Origin: a virus
Direction: 5' to 3' (one strand)
Virus record (IMG/VR): IMGVR_UViG_3300025687_000026
Coordinates: 43,061 to 107,060 of that record
Length of the DNA: 64,000 nt
Below the pieces are notes generated by a model. The model was given only the letters and a program-made list of their open reading frames with translations. It was not told the origin of the DNA and searched no databases. Below are positions 1-9,129 of this stretch, piece by piece. Each line of letters opens with the position of its first letter. Positions within the stretch are counted from its first letter, which is position 1. A program made the translations under genes and the position numbers.

Positions 1-1
1 C

Positions 2-487
2 ATGGACGCCAACTACGAACGCTTCTTCCTGCTTGTGCACGGGAGCGTAGCGAAGCATGTCGCCATGGGCAGCAAGAACGGTAAGCGCCTGACGCACAGT
101 CGAGTGCAGAGTGAACTCACCGGCACCATCGCTCGCATCATGGCTGACTTTGACTGTCAGGTGTTCTACACGCCCAATGTCAGCGAGGCTGCGCTGTTTG
201 TCGTTAAACTCCATGACAAGTTGCACAAGCCAGCCAGCAGCCACGGAGCGAAAGCCGTGCGTCGAGTATCAACCAATGATGTCAGGAAGGATGTCTTGCT
301 CGCTATCCCCGGCATCGGACCCGACCTTGTCGACCGCCTCCTTGAGAAGTGTGGGAACATTGAGGAGATGATGTTCCCCGAGGCACTGAAGCAAGTCAAG
401 GGGCTCGGTGAGCAGCGACGCAAGATGATTCTTGATGTTCTCACCAGTGAAGACCCGGTGCACATTCAACGCACTGTCCGACGGTAG
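2..487 (+). CDS. XPF/ERCC4-family nuclease, C-terminal part with tandem HhH (probably 5'-truncated by the window)
   Basis: HhH motifs LLAIPGIGPDLVDRLL and LKQVKGLGEQR follow an ERCC4-like C-terminal segment (QVFYTPNVSEAALFV). Confidence 0.75.
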   Translation: MDANYERFFLLVHGSVAKHVAMGSKNGKRLTHSRVQSELTGTIARIMADFDCQVFYTPNVSEAALFVVKLHDKLHKPASSHGAKAVRRVSTNDVRKDVLLAIPGIGPDLVDRLLEKCGNIEEMMFPEALKQVKGLGEQRRKMILDVLTSEDPVHIQRTVRR

Positions 488-539
488 GTTATAATGCAGC
501 ATCATATTTGTCAAATGTCTCGGTTGTCTTGCCTTTCGT

Positions 540-570
540 ATAGTTTAAGTAGAGGTAGTTGGTGAGGTAG
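540..570 (+). promoter_or_regulatory. Putative archaeal TATA box (TTTAAGTA) and RBS (GGTGAGG) for the helicase gene
   Basis: TTTAAGTA at 544-551; GGTGAGG about 7 nt before ATG 575. Confidence 0.45.
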
Positions 571-574
571 AATT

Positions 575-1981
575 ATGCGACGAGCCGTGGATTATCAAGC
601 AGTGAAAAAGTTCGACTTCTTCCGAGGGTATGTAGACCAGTTTGGGGAAGTCAGTATTGACAACGACATCCCAGCCATGCTGTCTTTCTTTTTCATTCAA
701 GGGCAGGTGGCTGCACCCTATGTGCGCATCCCGTGGGGTAACACTCACCTTGACCCCCGTGTTCACTGCTTTTGGATTCAACCCTCAAGGACGGGCAAGT
801 CCATCGCTTGGGAGTTTGTCGGGGATGTCCTGAAAGATTGTGACATCGCCTACGACGCATACACCAGTGGTTCGGACGCCGGGCTCATCGGTGGTGTGAC
901 CACTGAAACAGTCGTCAACGACGAGGGTAAGAAAGAGCAGATTACTGTGCAGACCGACGGCATGCTCGGTGGACGCAAGGCTCTCAACTTTGACGAGGGG
1001 TCCATCATCCTCAACCCCGGTAAGCACAGCCAAGAGACGGTGCTTTACCTGCAGTCCGCCTGTAACCCCATCGGGAGCAACAGCAACATCCTCGTGAAGC
1101 ACCTGAGTGGTCGCCGTATCGAAACGGAGTCGCTGGCCTCGCTGTGGATTACCACCTACCCGCCCAAGGGCGTGAAGGAGTATGTGCTGACCAAGGGTAT
1201 CTTCCAGCGTGTGTTGCTTTACTGGTCCCATTGGGACATGGACCGTCGCCAACAGGTTTCACAGATTCGGATGAACCGGGCTTTCACGCAGGGTGAGGAC
1301 ACCGTTGTTTCTTACAAGGACATCGTCGATTACTTCCGAGGGCTTGAGACTCGCCTCCGCTACCGTGTGCTTGACCTAACGGGGACCACGAAGAATGAGT
1401 GGGACAACTGCACTCGTGAGGAGCAGGAGGACCTCGTTCAGTCCTGCATGCACGAGATGTTCACGGCTGATGAGTCGTTTTACGCAGCGTCCTACGATGT
1501 CGTGGATGACTTCTACAGTCTACTCAAAGACTTGAACTTCGCCATCGCCGATGTCGTCGCATCCTTTGTTCCCGCCATGGAGAACTACTCTGTCATCCTC
1601 GCCACGCACCTCGCCATGATGGATGAGTCGTGGGTCATCACGGGTGAGCACCTTGACATGGCGAAAGACATCCTCTACGACTTGTTCAAGAACCTCATTC
1701 AGTGGCTTGAGGGTGAGGTCGAAGTCGGTGCAAAGAAGGTTGAGAAGGAGCAGCACAAGAAGGACTGGATGGCTGCGTTCAACTCTGTCTCCGCTGTTGA
1801 ACTTGACAAGCGTGGCGACGGCTGGCGTAAGAAGTCAGCAGTCATCCAGCAATACTGCACCAACCTCCACATCACCCGAGCCACTGGTTTCAAGAAGTTC
1901 AACGACTGGGCAGCACACATGTTCAACGCAGCAAAGGATGGGGCGACCGTCTACCTCCGCTTGAAGGAGGCCGAGGCATGA
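575..1981 (+). CDS. MCM-like AAA+ helicase/ATPase
   Basis: Walker A QPSRTGKS, MCM-like TSGSDAGLIG, Walker B LNFDEG, arginine-finger-like GIFQR, C-terminal winged-helix-like region. Confidence 0.7.
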   Translation: MRRAVDYQAVKKFDFFRGYVDQFGEVSIDNDIPAMLSFFFIQGQVAAPYVRIPWGNTHLDPRVHCFWIQPSRTGKSIAWEFVGDVLKDCDIAYDAYTSGSDAGLIGGVTTETVVNDEGKKEQITVQTDGMLGGRKALNFDEGSIILNPGKHSQETVLYLQSACNPIGSNSNILVKHLSGRRIETESLASLWITTYPPKGVKEYVLTKGIFQRVLLYWSHWDMDRRQQVSQIRMNRAFTQGEDTVVSYKDIVDYFRGLETRLRYRVLDLTGTTKNEWDNCTREEQEDLVQSCMHEMFTADESFYAASYDVVDDFYSLLKDLNFAIADVVASFVPAMENYSVILATHLAMMDESWVITGEHLDMAKDILYDLFKNLIQWLEGEVEVGAKKVEKEQHKKDWMAAFNSVSAVELDKRGDGWRKKSAVIQQYCTNLHITRATGFKKFNDWAAHMFNAAKDGATVYLRLKEAEA

Positions 1982-2586
1982 CTGAAATAATGGCCCTTGA
2001 CATCGAGACGGGTAACTACTCGTATGAGATTGGAGGTTGGGACAAGCACGCCTTGTTCGAGCCTACCGTTGTCGCTACATGGGACGGAGCCAACGGCGAT
2101 GTCTTCAGCAAACAGAGCATTGACATGGCTACCGCCAAGGTGCACGACCTTCACCCACGCACGCTGGGCGACCACCTGCAAAAGCACATTGACGCTGGAG
2201 GCGTCGTGCTCGGTCACAACATCAAGAAGTTCGACCTCCCAGTGCTCAACGCAGCACTGGACTGCTGGACAGCAGGCGACCTGATGAGCAAGTCTGAGAG
2301 TGTCATTGACACCAAACTACTCGTCAGCAAGGCCGCTGGCGGCAAGGACATCGCTACCAGCCTTGAGATGCTGGCCCGTAACACACTGGACATCGGTAAG
2401 AGCATGACAAGTGCCGATGCCCCTGAAGCATGGCGAGCAGGCCGCTACCTTGAGGTGGCTGAATACTGCTTGAAAGACGCTCAATTGACCTACGACCTCT
2501 ACCAACACGGTCGTGAGAATGGAGTGGTGAAAAGCCGCTCGTTGGAGGACGGGTCAATTGTTGAAATTGAGGTGAACTGGGAATGA
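1978..2586 (+). CDS. DEDD/DnaQ-like (RNase H fold) 3'-5' exonuclease
   Basis: ExoI ALDIETG, ExoII GHNIKKFDLPVL, ExoIII YCLKDAQLT. Confidence 0.85.
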   Translation: MTEIMALDIETGNYSYEIGGWDKHALFEPTVVATWDGANGDVFSKQSIDMATAKVHDLHPRTLGDHLQKHIDAGGVVLGHNIKKFDLPVLNAALDCWTAGDLMSKSESVIDTKLLVSKAAGGKDIATSLEMLARNTLDIGKSMTSADAPEAWRAGRYLEVAEYCLKDAQLTYDLYQHGRENGVVKSRSLEDGSIVEIEVNWE

Positions 2587-4058
2587 CTGAAAACAAAAAT
2601 CACAACGCACAACGACTGAACATCGAGGCTGTCAAGCGCATCGTCGGCACTGTCCGCACCACGCTTGGTCCGATGGGTATGGACAAAATGATGGTTGACG
2701 GTGGCGGAAATGTCATCGTCACCAACGACGGAGCAACCATTCTCCGTGAATTGGATAGCGCCCACCCTGCGGCGAAGATGATTGTCGAGGTGTCCAAGGT
2801 CCAAGAAACGAACTGCTACGACGGAACCACCAGCAGCGTGGTGCTCGCAGGTCAACTGCTAAGCAACGCCGAGGGTCTATTCGACAAGGGCCTTCACCCC
2901 AATGTCGTCAACAAGGGTTACACCAAGGCTCAGGCGATGGTGCTTGAAGAACTTCCGAAACTCTCAGTTGATGGTGAGCGCTCACTGCAAGCCATCGCAC
3001 GCACAGCCATCACAGGAAAGTCATTGGAAGCATCCGAAGACCGCGTTGCTCAACTCTGCGTCGACACCATCCGTGCTGTCGGCGATGCTTCCGATGTCCG
3101 TGTGCTCGCTGCGCCCGGTGGCTCGCTCAATGACTCCTATCTTTTCGAGGGCGTCGTGGTCAACAAGGACTTCGTTACGGCTGATGGTGACTTCGAGAAC
3201 GCCGTTACGCCCATCCTGCTGGTCAACAGTGGGCTGGAGGAGCAGAAGCAAGACGGGAATGTGCAAGTGCAGGTGGACGCTTCGTCCTACAGCACGCTGA
3301 AGAATGCAGGGCGTGAGGAACTGCTGGAAGCAGCCAAGCATATCGAAGCCTCAGGTGCCCGAGTCGTCTTCGTTCGCGACGGGGTGCACGATACGGTCGT
3401 GCAATATCTACACAAGCGTGGTGTCTTTGTCTGCCGCCGTGTGCCCCCGAGCACCATGAAGCGTCTCTGCAACGAGTTCGGTGTCAACGCTTACCACACG
3501 CCCGAGAGCGACATGGAATTGTGCGAGGCTCTCATCGACCGTCGCCGCTACAACGATGTCGACTACCTCTTCGTCAGCAACAACCTCGCCTCAAGCGAGG
3601 CTACACTGGTGCTGTTTGGCGCAACGCAGTCGACGCTGGACGAGGTTCAGCGTGGCTTTGACGACGCATTGGGCGTCGTGTCCCTCGTGGCCAACGGCGA
3701 CAGCGTCTGCTACGGTGGAGGTGCAACTTACCTCGCACTGGCCTCTTGCTTGAGGAGCCGTGCTGCTGAGGTGGGTGGTCGTGCTCAGATGGCGATTGAA
3801 GCCTACGCTGACGCACTGGAGGCTATCCCCGGCACCATCGCTGAAAACGCTGGTCATGATGCACTGGACACTGTGCTCGCTATGCGCCACGCTGGACTGC
3901 CCTTCGGGCCCAATGTGGAGACTGGCGGTATCATGGACATGGGTGAGTCTCAGGTCTTTGAACCGATGTCGCTCATCCGCAGCGCTATCACGAGCGCTAC
4001 TGAGGTCACGACAGCCATCCTACGCATCGACGACATCATTGGTCGGCGTGGTGAGTAA
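2583..4058 (+). CDS. ths: Group II chaperonin (thermosome subunit), virus-encoded
   Basis: TTLGPMGMDKM, VTNDGATIL, DGTTS, GGGA and AILRIDD motifs of the TCP-1/thermosome family. Confidence 0.95.
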   Translation: MTENKNHNAQRLNIEAVKRIVGTVRTTLGPMGMDKMMVDGGGNVIVTNDGATILRELDSAHPAAKMIVEVSKVQETNCYDGTTSSVVLAGQLLSNAEGLFDKGLHPNVVNKGYTKAQAMVLEELPKLSVDGERSLQAIARTAITGKSLEASEDRVAQLCVDTIRAVGDASDVRVLAAPGGSLNDSYLFEGVVVNKDFVTADGDFENAVTPILLVNSGLEEQKQDGNVQVQVDASSYSTLKNAGREELLEAAKHIEASGARVVFVRDGVHDTVVQYLHKRGVFVCRRVPPSTMKRLCNEFGVNAYHTPESDMELCEALIDRRRYNDVDYLFVSNNLASSEATLVLFGATQSTLDEVQRGFDDALGVVSLVANGDSVCYGGGATYLALASCLRSRAAEVGGRAQMAIEAYADALEAIPGTIAENAGHDALDTVLAMRHAGLPFGPNVETGGIMDMGESQVFEPMSLIRSAITSATEVTTAILRIDDIIGRRGE

Positions 4059-4154
4059 GTGGCTACTTGCATCGCATGTCAGCGCTCTTGCCTACAAATA
4101 CATCTTGTAGATGGCGAGTGGTGCCTTGATTGCTGGGAGAGCGAGGAAGAATAA
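4059..4154 (+). CDS. 31-aa CxxC...CxxC zinc-finger microprotein (absent from ORF track)
   Basis: GTG start right after the thermosome stop, with GGTGAG RBS. Reads MATCIACQRSCLQIHLVDGEWCLDCWESEEE; stop overlaps the next ATG (TAATG). Confidence 0.6.
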   Translation: MATCIACQRSCLQIHLVDGEWCLDCWESEEE

Positions 4155-4321
4155 TGGGTCGGCTGCTTGACAAGATGAAAGTCAAGTGCCGTCGCTGCGA
4201 GCACGAGCACATCCCTCGTCGTCTGCAAGCCCGGTTTCTTGACGGTGACAAAGAGCGGGTCAGCCTGTGGTGCTGTAGGGCCTGCGGTCACCTATGGGTT
4301 GACAGTGCCTTCAAGCATTAA
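4154..4321 (+). CDS. Zinc-ribbon protein resembling the TFS/TFIIS C-terminal domain
   Basis: CRRC...LQARFLDGD...CRACGHLW resembles the TFIIS pattern CxxC...QxRxxDE...CxxCGxxW. ATG 4154 preferred to TTG 4130. Confidence 0.65.
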   Translation: MGRLLDKMKVKCRRCEHEHIPRRLQARFLDGDKERVSLWCCRACGHLWVDSAFKH

Positions 4322-4329
4322 CTATCACA

Positions 4330-7300
4330 TCAAGGAATTGGTCCCGGCGTGTAAACCGGATTGTTTGCCCAAGCCGCTATCCTGTCTAACGCTTCGGCTA
4401 CTGTTGTTGGCGGAGGGCCTGCCCAATAAGCAGGGTTTGCCGCATAAACATCCGCCGCCGCATCTGTCGTGTCTGTCGTTGAGTAAGCGGTGTCAGTAAG
4501 GTTGCTTGCGGCAACGAGGTCACCGTTGGAGTCAGCGACAAGAACAGCGTTTGTAGCGTTAGTTTGTCGGATAGTGCCGTCCACATGAAGTTTTTGAGAG
4601 GGTGAAATCGTTCCAATACCGATTCTTCCTGTGGAGGCTTCGTGAGCAATACCATATCCACCGGGGCCACCATCACCCGTTCCGAGGTTTAAGGTTCGGA
4701 AATTGATGTTTTTAGCGTTATAATTGGTGACGACTTGCCCCGTTCCGCCTGTGGTATAACCTTCTAAATACATCATGGTTCTAAGGGTTCCTTCCACATC
4801 GGATTGGATAAACATAGCACCCGATTCCGCACCGCCCGTGGGGTCGTCTAAAACCATTCCAATTCGGCCATAAGGTTCGGGATTTGCACCATCGTTGTTT
4901 CCATACCACCATAGACTTCCGAGATAATCGTTTGTGGTTTGTTTTGCACTTTTAATGATGACATCGGGAGCCGAGTTAGAACCCGGAGTCGGGTCGGTGG
5001 ATTCAATACGGAGGATTTCGTCTAAAGAGTTTTTGGAAATATGAAGGGCAACCTGCGGGGAGGCCGTTCCTAAACCAAGTCTGTTGTTTGCGTTGTCAAA
5101 GTGAAGGTTCGCATTGTCGCTGGCGAAAGCCACACCGTCGCTGAATTGGATAGCACCAGCCGCACCCGATGGCGTTCCAACCGAGCCAAGCGCGGTGTCA
5201 ATTCCAGCAAGGTGACCTTCAACCGTTGATGCGGTAGGAGTGTAGTTTGTTGCACTTGCGGCGGCGGTGATTTCACCATCGTCGTAATCTCCCGATGTAG
5301 CAACAACCGCACCCGTCCTTCCGAACACGGATGATACACTACCAGCAGAAGCAAGTGCGTTGTCAATTCCAACAAGGTGAGCCTCAACATCAGCGGTAGT
5401 GGCGGTGTAGTTGGTCGGAGAGTGTGTGGCGACAGGAACCTCATCGGCATTTTGGTCTGCCGTTGCGCCTGTTTCAATTCCTGTCAGTTTCGTGCGCTCG
5501 GCTGAAGTGATGATGGCTCCGCTTCCAGCGTTGGTCACATCGTTAAGTTCAGTCACGCTGTGCGTTGAGAGGTCGGTCACATCCGTTGGCTTGTTGAGGA
5601 TTTCAGCATCGCCGCTCACGGCATTCCAATCCGCATTGACATTGACTTCTGCGCCCGTAGCGATACCAGCAAGTTTGGTTTGCTCGGCATCCGTAAAGGC
5701 GTTGGTGTCGGCGTTGCTCTCGTAAGCCGTCTTGATTTCACCCGCCGTTTGGTCTGCTGTTGCGCCCACTTCGATACCGTCGAGTTTGGTAGCCTGAGCG
5801 CCTGTCATCAAGCCGGAGTTACCACCGGCTACCACTTCAGTCAGCGTGGCGTTCGTCCCAGTGCTGCTACTCACAGTTTTTGAAGCAGCATCGTAAGCAA
5901 GGTCGGTAGCGGCAGCAGCCGCAGCGCCAGCAGCATCGACAAAGCCAGCGTCGTTGTTGAGTTCGCTGATGTTGTCACCCTCGATAATCACCTTCTTCTC
6001 AGCGTTAGCGTTATTGGTGAACATCGGTCGGTTGGGTGTTTCGTTCTTGACCCAATACAACCCCTTGCCAGCAACCGATGTATGACCAGTGGCCGCTGTG
6101 TCAGCCTTTTCGTCGACGACTAAGCCGGTAGGGTCAATGAGCCCAGTCACGGTCAATTTACCGTTAACGGTGAGTTCGTTGGCTGCTGTGTCGTATGAGA
6201 GCGTTGAGTCACTGGTGAAGCCACCAGCACCATCGGAGAGTTGCACAAGACCGCTGGTCCCGCTTGAGGTGGTAGCCACGGTGCTGCTGAAGAGCACACG
6301 CTTCCAATTGGTGCCGTCGTAAGCGAACATGAGGGCGTTGCCTGCAGTGATGGCTTGGTTGAGCCCCGTGCTGTCAAAAGTGACGGTGCTGCCGCTGGGC
6401 ACTGAGACAAAGACCGTGTGGCCCGGTGGGAAGGTGCCGCTGGGATTGAGCGTGATACCACTGCTTGCTGTTAGAACGAAGACCCGGTTACCGTCAAAGG
6501 TGAAGGTTTGATTCGTGCTTGGACTGGAGACATCAATGTTGGTAGGACCGAGCAAATGAGTGTGTCGGTTGCTGCCGTCTTTGGCGCTATAGTAGAGCAT
6601 CGACTCGCCGTCGCTGTTAAACGATTGCCATACGATGCCGTTGTCGCCAAAAGTAGCGGGTTGACCCGTGTGCACCGTCTGTAGCGCTGTGTGGCTGTTG
6701 ATGCCCGTGGTTGCCGAGATGGTGCCGTCACGCACTGGGGAGAAGTAAAGCGGCGAGGGGCGCACGAAGACGCGCTTGTCGTTGTATTCAGACAGAGATT
6801 CGATGTTCAAGTCACCCGTGGTCGCTCCACCAGCGTTGACAGCACGCACTGTGCCCAGCACGATAGTCTGACGGTTGTCACCAGCCCCGCTACCGGTGGT
6901 GAGATAAGAAGCAGCCGTGCCTGAAATGGAGGGGTAGGCTCCTGCAGCGGTCGTGATGTTGACCGTTTGCGTTATCTTGAGGCCATCAGCCGTAGCAACG
7001 ACTACGAAAAGACACTCTTCGCCGCTATTGAGTGCAACGAAGGAGCCAAGTTTCTCAGCGGTCGTGCTGGTCAGCGTGACCGTGATGTCACTGCCGCCGC
7101 CGATGGCGTAGAGGATGCCGTCAAGAATGACATCGCACGCTTTGACCACGAACTGGTTGGCGCCCGCTCCCGCACTGATAGCGCCGGGAAGGTCGGGTGG
7201 GTCGTTGCGGTCGTTATCGTCGTAAGCCGTATCGTGCGGCAACAAGATACCGTTGCCGTGCACGCCTTCGTAGAGATTTGTCAAGGACGGTGAGAGGATG

Positions 7301-7374
7301 TGACTTCCGTCAGTCAGTCCATCGTTAGCGCCGTCTGTGTGTCCCGAAAGGGGGTTATCTGTAGTCATCGTCAT
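4330..7374 (-). CDS. Tail fibre / receptor-binding protein (1014 aa)
   Basis: T/G/A-rich; repeats TKLxGIxxGAxxxx (x3), TNYTxTxxxVExHLxGIDxAL (x2), G(L/I)GTxSP...LH (x2); last gene of the tail operon. Confidence 0.75.
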   Translation of the reverse strand: MTMTTDNPLSGHTDGANDGLTDGSHILSPSLTNLYEGVHGNGILLPHDTAYDDNDRNDPPDLPGAISAGAGANQFVVKACDVILDGILYAIGGGSDITVTLTSTTAEKLGSFVALNSGEECLFVVVATADGLKITQTVNITTAAGAYPSISGTAASYLTTGSGAGDNRQTIVLGTVRAVNAGGATTGDLNIESLSEYNDKRVFVRPSPLYFSPVRDGTISATTGINSHTALQTVHTGQPATFGDNGIVWQSFNSDGESMLYYSAKDGSNRHTHLLGPTNIDVSSPSTNQTFTFDGNRVFVLTASSGITLNPSGTFPPGHTVFVSVPSGSTVTFDSTGLNQAITAGNALMFAYDGTNWKRVLFSSTVATTSSGTSGLVQLSDGAGGFTSDSTLSYDTAANELTVNGKLTVTGLIDPTGLVVDEKADTAATGHTSVAGKGLYWVKNETPNRPMFTNNANAEKKVIIEGDNISELNNDAGFVDAAGAAAAAATDLAYDAASKTVSSSTGTNATLTEVVAGGNSGLMTGAQATKLDGIEVGATADQTAGEIKTAYESNADTNAFTDAEQTKLAGIATGAEVNVNADWNAVSGDAEILNKPTDVTDLSTHSVTELNDVTNAGSGAIITSAERTKLTGIETGATADQNADEVPVATHSPTNYTATTADVEAHLVGIDNALASAGSVSSVFGRTGAVVATSGDYDDGEITAAASATNYTPTASTVEGHLAGIDTALGSVGTPSGAAGAIQFSDGVAFASDNANLHFDNANNRLGLGTASPQVALHISKNSLDEILRIESTDPTPGSNSAPDVIIKSAKQTTNDYLGSLWWYGNNDGANPEPYGRIGMVLDDPTGGAESGAMFIQSDVEGTLRTMMYLEGYTTGGTGQVVTNYNAKNINFRTLNLGTGDGGPGGYGIAHEASTGRIGIGTISPSQKLHVDGTIRQTNATNAVLVADSNGDLVAASNLTDTAYSTTDTTDAAADVYAANPAYWAGPPPTTVAEALDRIAAWANNPVYTPGPIP

Positions 7375-7375
7375 T

Positions 7376-7720
7376 CTATTTCACCTCAATCAACAATTGA
7401 ATGCGTAGTTCGTTTTGCGTCGTCTTAAGCACAGGAAGAATCGTGTGCCGAGCGACTGGCGTGAAAGAGTTTGAACCACGGAACTGGACATAGACTTCTT
7501 TCAAGGAGTCCGTGAACTCTTCCGATGCTGGTATAAAACCTTCAACGAGGATGGTGTTGTCGTCGACGATGCGCACCGTCGGATTGAGCGTGATGGCTGG
7601 ACGACCAGCGGCCCCATCAGAACTCGTAGATGGGGTTCCATCGAAACCTATAATCATCTCGTTGATGTTGCTCGCTATCGTGTCGAGCAGCGCCCGTTTG
7701 ATGTGGTCGCTTACCGGCAT
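7376..7720 (-). CDS. Hypothetical tail/baseplate protein (114 aa)
   Basis: Tightly coupled ORF in the tail operon with GAGGTGA RBS. Confidence 0.6.
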   Translation of the reverse strand: MPVSDHIKRALLDTIASNINEMIIGFDGTPSTSSDGAAGRPAITLNPTVRIVDDNTILVEGFIPASEEFTDSLKEVYVQFRGSNSFTPVARHTILPVLKTTQNELRIQLLIEVK

Positions 7721-9129
7721 TATGCGTCACCTCTGTATGTGATTGGAGTGGACTTGCTACCACCGAGGGTTTCTTCGTCACTACTTCCACCGAGCACGCC
7801 CCTGTTCATGGCTTTACCGATGATAAACCCTGAGAGGCCGTGATTCTGAATTGTAATGATGGGAACCGTGACAATTTCGATGTCACCAAACAACGAGAAG
7901 TTTTGTTCAATGACCTGCTCGACGACTTCAGGCCGACGGCCGGTGTTCTGAGCACCCTCAAGAATGCCTTGCAGCACGCCTTCAATGCCGCTGTCAACGG
8001 TGAGGAAAACAAGGTCAGCGGTGTTCTCCGAAAGGTTGTGACGCACTTCGGTGAGGATGCGGTTGCGTCCTTCATATTCGATGATTTTACCCGGTCGCAA
8101 GTCCCATGAAGCGGTGTGACCTGAACTGGTCTTGTTACCGGCGAGAAGGTTGTTGGCCTTCAACACGCTGCGTGCAACACGACGGGCCGCCTCGTTGTTT
8201 CGCACCGTGAAGTCTTCAATGACCTGCGGGTCCTGTTGCACATCGCCACCACGACCACTCTGTCGCTCAGCATCGCTGACTTCGGCGTAGGCGGTATCGT
8301 TGACCGAGAGGGGTGTGCCTTGCACGATAACACGGTTGCTGGTGTTGTCGACTGGGTTGGTTCCAGCAGGCCCGGTCCTGTTGTTAGCGTCGACGAAACG
8401 ACCGCTTTCACCGAAGTTGAACGGCACATAGAGCAGGCTACCAAAGCGCTCAAAGTAGATGATGCGATTGTCATGACGCCCAAGGAAACGCAACGCCGTG
8501 ACGAGGTTGACTCCGTAGAAGTCGGTAGCGATAAAGCGGGTGCTGTGACGGCGACGGTCACCGCTGGAGTTGCTGGGAGTGAGCGGAAGTGCGATGTTGA
8601 CCGAGGTGAGCGTATCAGCGATGTCACGACCAAGACGCATGGCCATGTCGGTCGTGCGGAAACCGACATCAATTGGCTGCGCTGCGTAACCTGCCGTGCT
8701 GTTGAAGCCCAGTTCACTGAGCGTTTTGCCTTTCATGTTCCGCACTGCAAAAACAGAACCCTTGTTTCCAGTGGAGTGACTACCGAGTGACAGGCGCTCA
8801 GTCTGCTGGTCTATAGAATACAACATCCTCGGACTATTTGAAGCAGCATCGCTACGCATGTAGAAGATGCGATTTTGTGAAGTGTGACCCGGCGTTGATG
8901 TGTGAGTCAAAACGACACTGTCTTGACGCTCGTCGATGGTGTAAGAGTGCGTTGATGCGACAGCGTAGGTTGAGGTCTTGCGTTGCTTGACGGTGACCTT
9001 AGCCTGCGTTGTGCCCTGCATAGCAATTTCACCAAGGTGCACTGCGTTGTCGACGAAGACTGGCTTGCGCACTTGTTTCATCACGACATCGGTGTCACCG
9101 GTCGTGCGTTGCTGTGCGAGGAAGGTCAC
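7720..9129 (-). CDS. Putative tail tip / baseplate hub protein (469 aa)
   Basis: Position in the tail operon; hub-like segments (NRVIVQG, WDLRPGKIIEY...ILTEVRH). Confidence 0.5.
   Translation of the reverse strand: MTFLAQQRTTGDTDVVMKQVRKPVFVDNAVHLGEIAMQGTTQAKVTVKQRKTSTYAVASTHSYTIDERQDSVVLTHTSTPGHTSQNRIFYMRSDAASNSPRMLYSIDQQTERLSLGSHSTGNKGSVFAVRNMKGKTLSELGFNSTAGYAAQPIDVGFRTTDMAMRLGRDIADTLTSVNIALPLTPSNSSGDRRRHSTRFIATDFYGVNLVTALRFLGRHDNRIIYFERFGSLLYVPFNFGESGRFVDANNRTGPAGTNPVDNTSNRVIVQGTPLSVNDTAYAEVSDAERQSGRGGDVQQDPQVIEDFTVRNNEAARRVARSVLKANNLLAGNKTSSGHTASWDLRPGKIIEYEGRNRILTEVRHNLSENTADLVFLTVDSGIEGVLQGILEGAQNTGRRPEVVEQVIEQNFSLFGDIEIVTVPIITIQNHGLSGFIIGKAMNRGVLGGSSDEETLGGSKSTPITYRGDA

Noticed and set aside
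1-4321. Host chromosomal flank of a provirus (thermosome, MCM-like, XPF)
   Set aside because: Genes are compact, divergent and overlap-coupled like viral genes; no integrase, att site or tRNA at the 4321/4330 junction.
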